A stretch of 63,041 nt of DNA, from assembly GCA_038063995.1 (NCBI GenBank), contig JBBTUA010000003.1, forward strand, positions 1 to 63,041. The letters run 5' to 3'. Source of the stretch: Patescibacteria group bacterium (GTDB lineage: Bacteria > Patescibacteriota > Minisyncoccia > 2-02-FULL-40-12). Below, piece by piece: positions 62,401-63,041 of this stretch (positions are counted from its first letter, which is position 1; each line of letters starts with the position of its first letter). Both the position numbers and the translations under genes were made by a program. The notes below the pieces were generated by a model. It saw only the letters and a list, made by a program, of their open reading frames with translations. It was not told where the DNA came from and ran no database searches.

Positions 62401-63041
62401 TGTGAGAAGGTAAGAGGCCGAGGCAGTGCCTTGGACTTCGAAGACTGTTGATGGAGCAGTGGTGTTGATGCCAATCCTGTTATTGGTTGCGTCAACAGAG
62501 AAAGTTGATGTATCAAAAGAAAGACCATTGACTCCGCCGGATAGAGTAAGGTTGGTATCATTGGCCAAAGTCCAGGCATCGGCATTAAAGGTAACCGTAT
62601 CTCCAGAAGCATCACCAATGGTAGAGTTTCCGTTGACCGAGAAGGTACCAGTGGTTGACTGGTTGCCGTTGACAGTTAATCCGGTTCCAACAATGGCTTG
62701 AGCATTGAGTCCCTTGGAAACAAGGAGAGACCCGGCAAAGGAAGATGAACCAGTTCCAGAGAAAGTGTTGGTCCCATAGGTGAAGAAGTTGCCCGAGACC
62801 GAAGCAACACTGGCAAATGAAGCAGTGGCGTCTACTTCCAGATCGCCGCTTATCAAGACGTCATTAGTCGTTGAGATGTAGTTTGAATGTCCTGTAGTGC
62901 CAGTCCCAAACCTTGAATACGCCACCGAAGCAAATCCTCCGACTTGCAAAGTATTCCCAGTGAGAAGGTATGATGCAGAAGCCGTACCTTGGACTTCAGC
63001 TCTGCCTTGGACAGTAAGAAGAGATGATGGTGTTGTTGTCC
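59500..63041 (-). CDS. giant repetitive tail-fibre-like surface protein with an S74-type intramolecular chaperone domain and a Pro/Thr/Glu-rich C-terminal tail (5' end outside the window)
   Basis: The frame stays open to the window edge. Five or more repeats of (V)[29 protein letters not shown]...[12 protein letters not shown] and six repeats of GN(V/I)GIGTTAP. Near the C-terminus: SSRRYKENI...[11 protein letters not shown]......[17 protein letters not shown]. Confidence 0.85.
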   Translation of the reverse strand, partial: TTTPSSLLTVQGRAEVQGTASASYLLTGNTLQVGGFASVAYSRFGTGTTGHSNYISTTNDVLISGDLEVDATASFASVASVSGNFFTYGTNTFSGTGSSSFAGSLLVSKGLNAQAIVGTGLTVNGNQSTTGTFSVNGNSTIGDASGDTVTFNADAWTLANDTNLTLSGGVNGLSFDTSTFSVDATNNRIGINTTAPSTVFEVQGTASASYLLTGNTLQVGSFASAAYSRFGTGTTSYSNDLTTTNDLLISGDLEVDGNTFFDGKASVSGNFQTAGRFIFGDSGDTGEINTSDWDITNTGNLSGIGTIAADGAYTQTGTGANTFSGSTTFSSTGLALLVSAGRAEVQGTASASYLLTGNTLQVGGFASVAYSRFGTNTTTHSGNITTTNDLLISGDLEVDGNSYFDGTANFGGTASASLFYAQPGTAASPSFAFAIDQDTGMFRRAVNALGFSTLGSERLTILSDGNVGIGTTSPVGLLDINTKFNVLSGGNVGVNTTTPQTKFEVQGTASSSYLLTGNTLQVGGFASVAYSRFGTSTLTTNPAGNWITGSSDLLISGDLYGVGSIAFAGPASISNALFVGTGGKTGNVGIGTTAPATHLEVTAPNGTSARIRSTSYGTSIRAIVEMANARGTLSAPTPPQTDDVLGQLGFMGYDDGFGSAAAIIGYAAAEHGTAGDTSDVPGYLTFSTVPDGSGTFAERIRIESAGNVGIGTTAPASLLDVAAGTGGVITAKRSDITVTANDSVGKLQFYAIDTQSTTNFVVADIEAQATNTISTDINPGRLIFRTTSTDVAATPSERMRITEAGNIGIGTTAPGAKLDVVSDVIFREGLQVGNTATASYSRFGSSTTGHSNYISSSNDLLISGDLEIDGSASFAGVASISGRVFLTKLSSVTDDRTVCAIASTGELELVNGACGISSRRYKENIESLGYGLEEITKLNPVFFNYIKDSTASSSLSLIDDRTKRRIGFIAEELNEIIPEAIIWQNGQVESIDYAHLTALTVKAIQELDLKIASLSAQNDSLGLDSGAIFDLDILFKSIVKKFYEAMNIVFENGLLKVAEIFTDKITAKELCLEEVCVSKEQLKALLENSSQIIQTPVPTPSPTAQPVEPLTAPVPSESPTPEPIPEPTSEITPSINPESTASPSATPEPTPTPEPTPSPTPEPTPEPTATPIPEPTPTE

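Noticed and set aside
59500-63041. Diversity-generating retroelement (TR/VR) as an explanation for the internal DNA repeats of the giant gene
   Set aside because: No reverse transcriptase ORF is in the window. The repeat copies are either perfectly identical or differ at all four bases rather than specifically at adenines.
59500-63041. Prophage, inferred from the tail-fibre-like gene
   Set aside because: No capsid, portal, terminase, tape-measure, lysis or integrase genes are adjacent within the window. The upstream part lies outside the window, so a prophage cannot be fully excluded.
1-63041. CRISPR arrays and alternative genetic code
   Set aside because: I saw no regularly spaced short direct repeats. 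The conserved genes (pnp, polA, recG, dnaA and others) are uninterrupted by TGA, TAG or TAA, so standard code 11 fits.

Overview
This is a compact, AT-rich bacterial chromosomal window read with the standard genetic code; no in-frame stops interrupt the conserved genes. It is dominated by housekeeping genes. They include rpsO-pnp, nusB-rnc, trmD, tsaE, polA, mutM, holA, recG, pcrA, rsmA, tyrS, ruvC/yebC/ruvB, nusA, tig, gpmI, rny and hup. The replication-origin neighbourhood is also here (jag-yidC-yidD-rnpA-rpmH divergent from dnaA-dnaN). I read 12 tRNAs by hand, in four clusters. The gene content and style suggest an uncultivated, reduced-genome Patescibacteria/CPR-like organism: small genome-like packing, Pro/Thr-rich surface proteins, a FemAB plus PBP1A pair, an orphan PilB-like ATPase and a tail-fibre-like giant protein. 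That lineage call is inference only. Six things stand out. (1) A tightly packed chromosomal operon at 24988-32380 encodes VirB6-like, PrgI/VirB3-like and split VirB4-like proteins plus unassignable membrane or secreted partners, with no DNA-processing genes. (2) A 50-65 bp GC-rich palindromic repeat family has at least 6 copies. It sits in frame inside or at the ends of genes (tsaE, nusB, nusA, a Pro-rich protein), in the manner of Rickettsia palindromic elements. (3) Two long inverted-repeat blocks (about 6.9-7.4 kb and 15.2-16.1 kb) bracket a 7.8 kb housekeeping segment. Each carries a roughly 210-220 nt nested palindrome whose outer stem differs between copies only by fully compensatory changes. 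(4) An orphan transcription unit at about 45.08-45.35 kb has a perfect sigma70-type promoter and a structure closed by a perfect 25 bp stem. (5) Two tRNA-associated oddities occur: a duplicated tRNA-Pro 5' portion and a 14 nt direct repeat of the tRNA-Lys 3' end next to a GC-richer two-gene operon. (6) A truncated protein of more than 1180 aa is repetitive and tail-fibre-like, with an S74-type intramolecular-chaperone domain. I saw no CRISPR array, integrase, transposase or reverse transcriptase.
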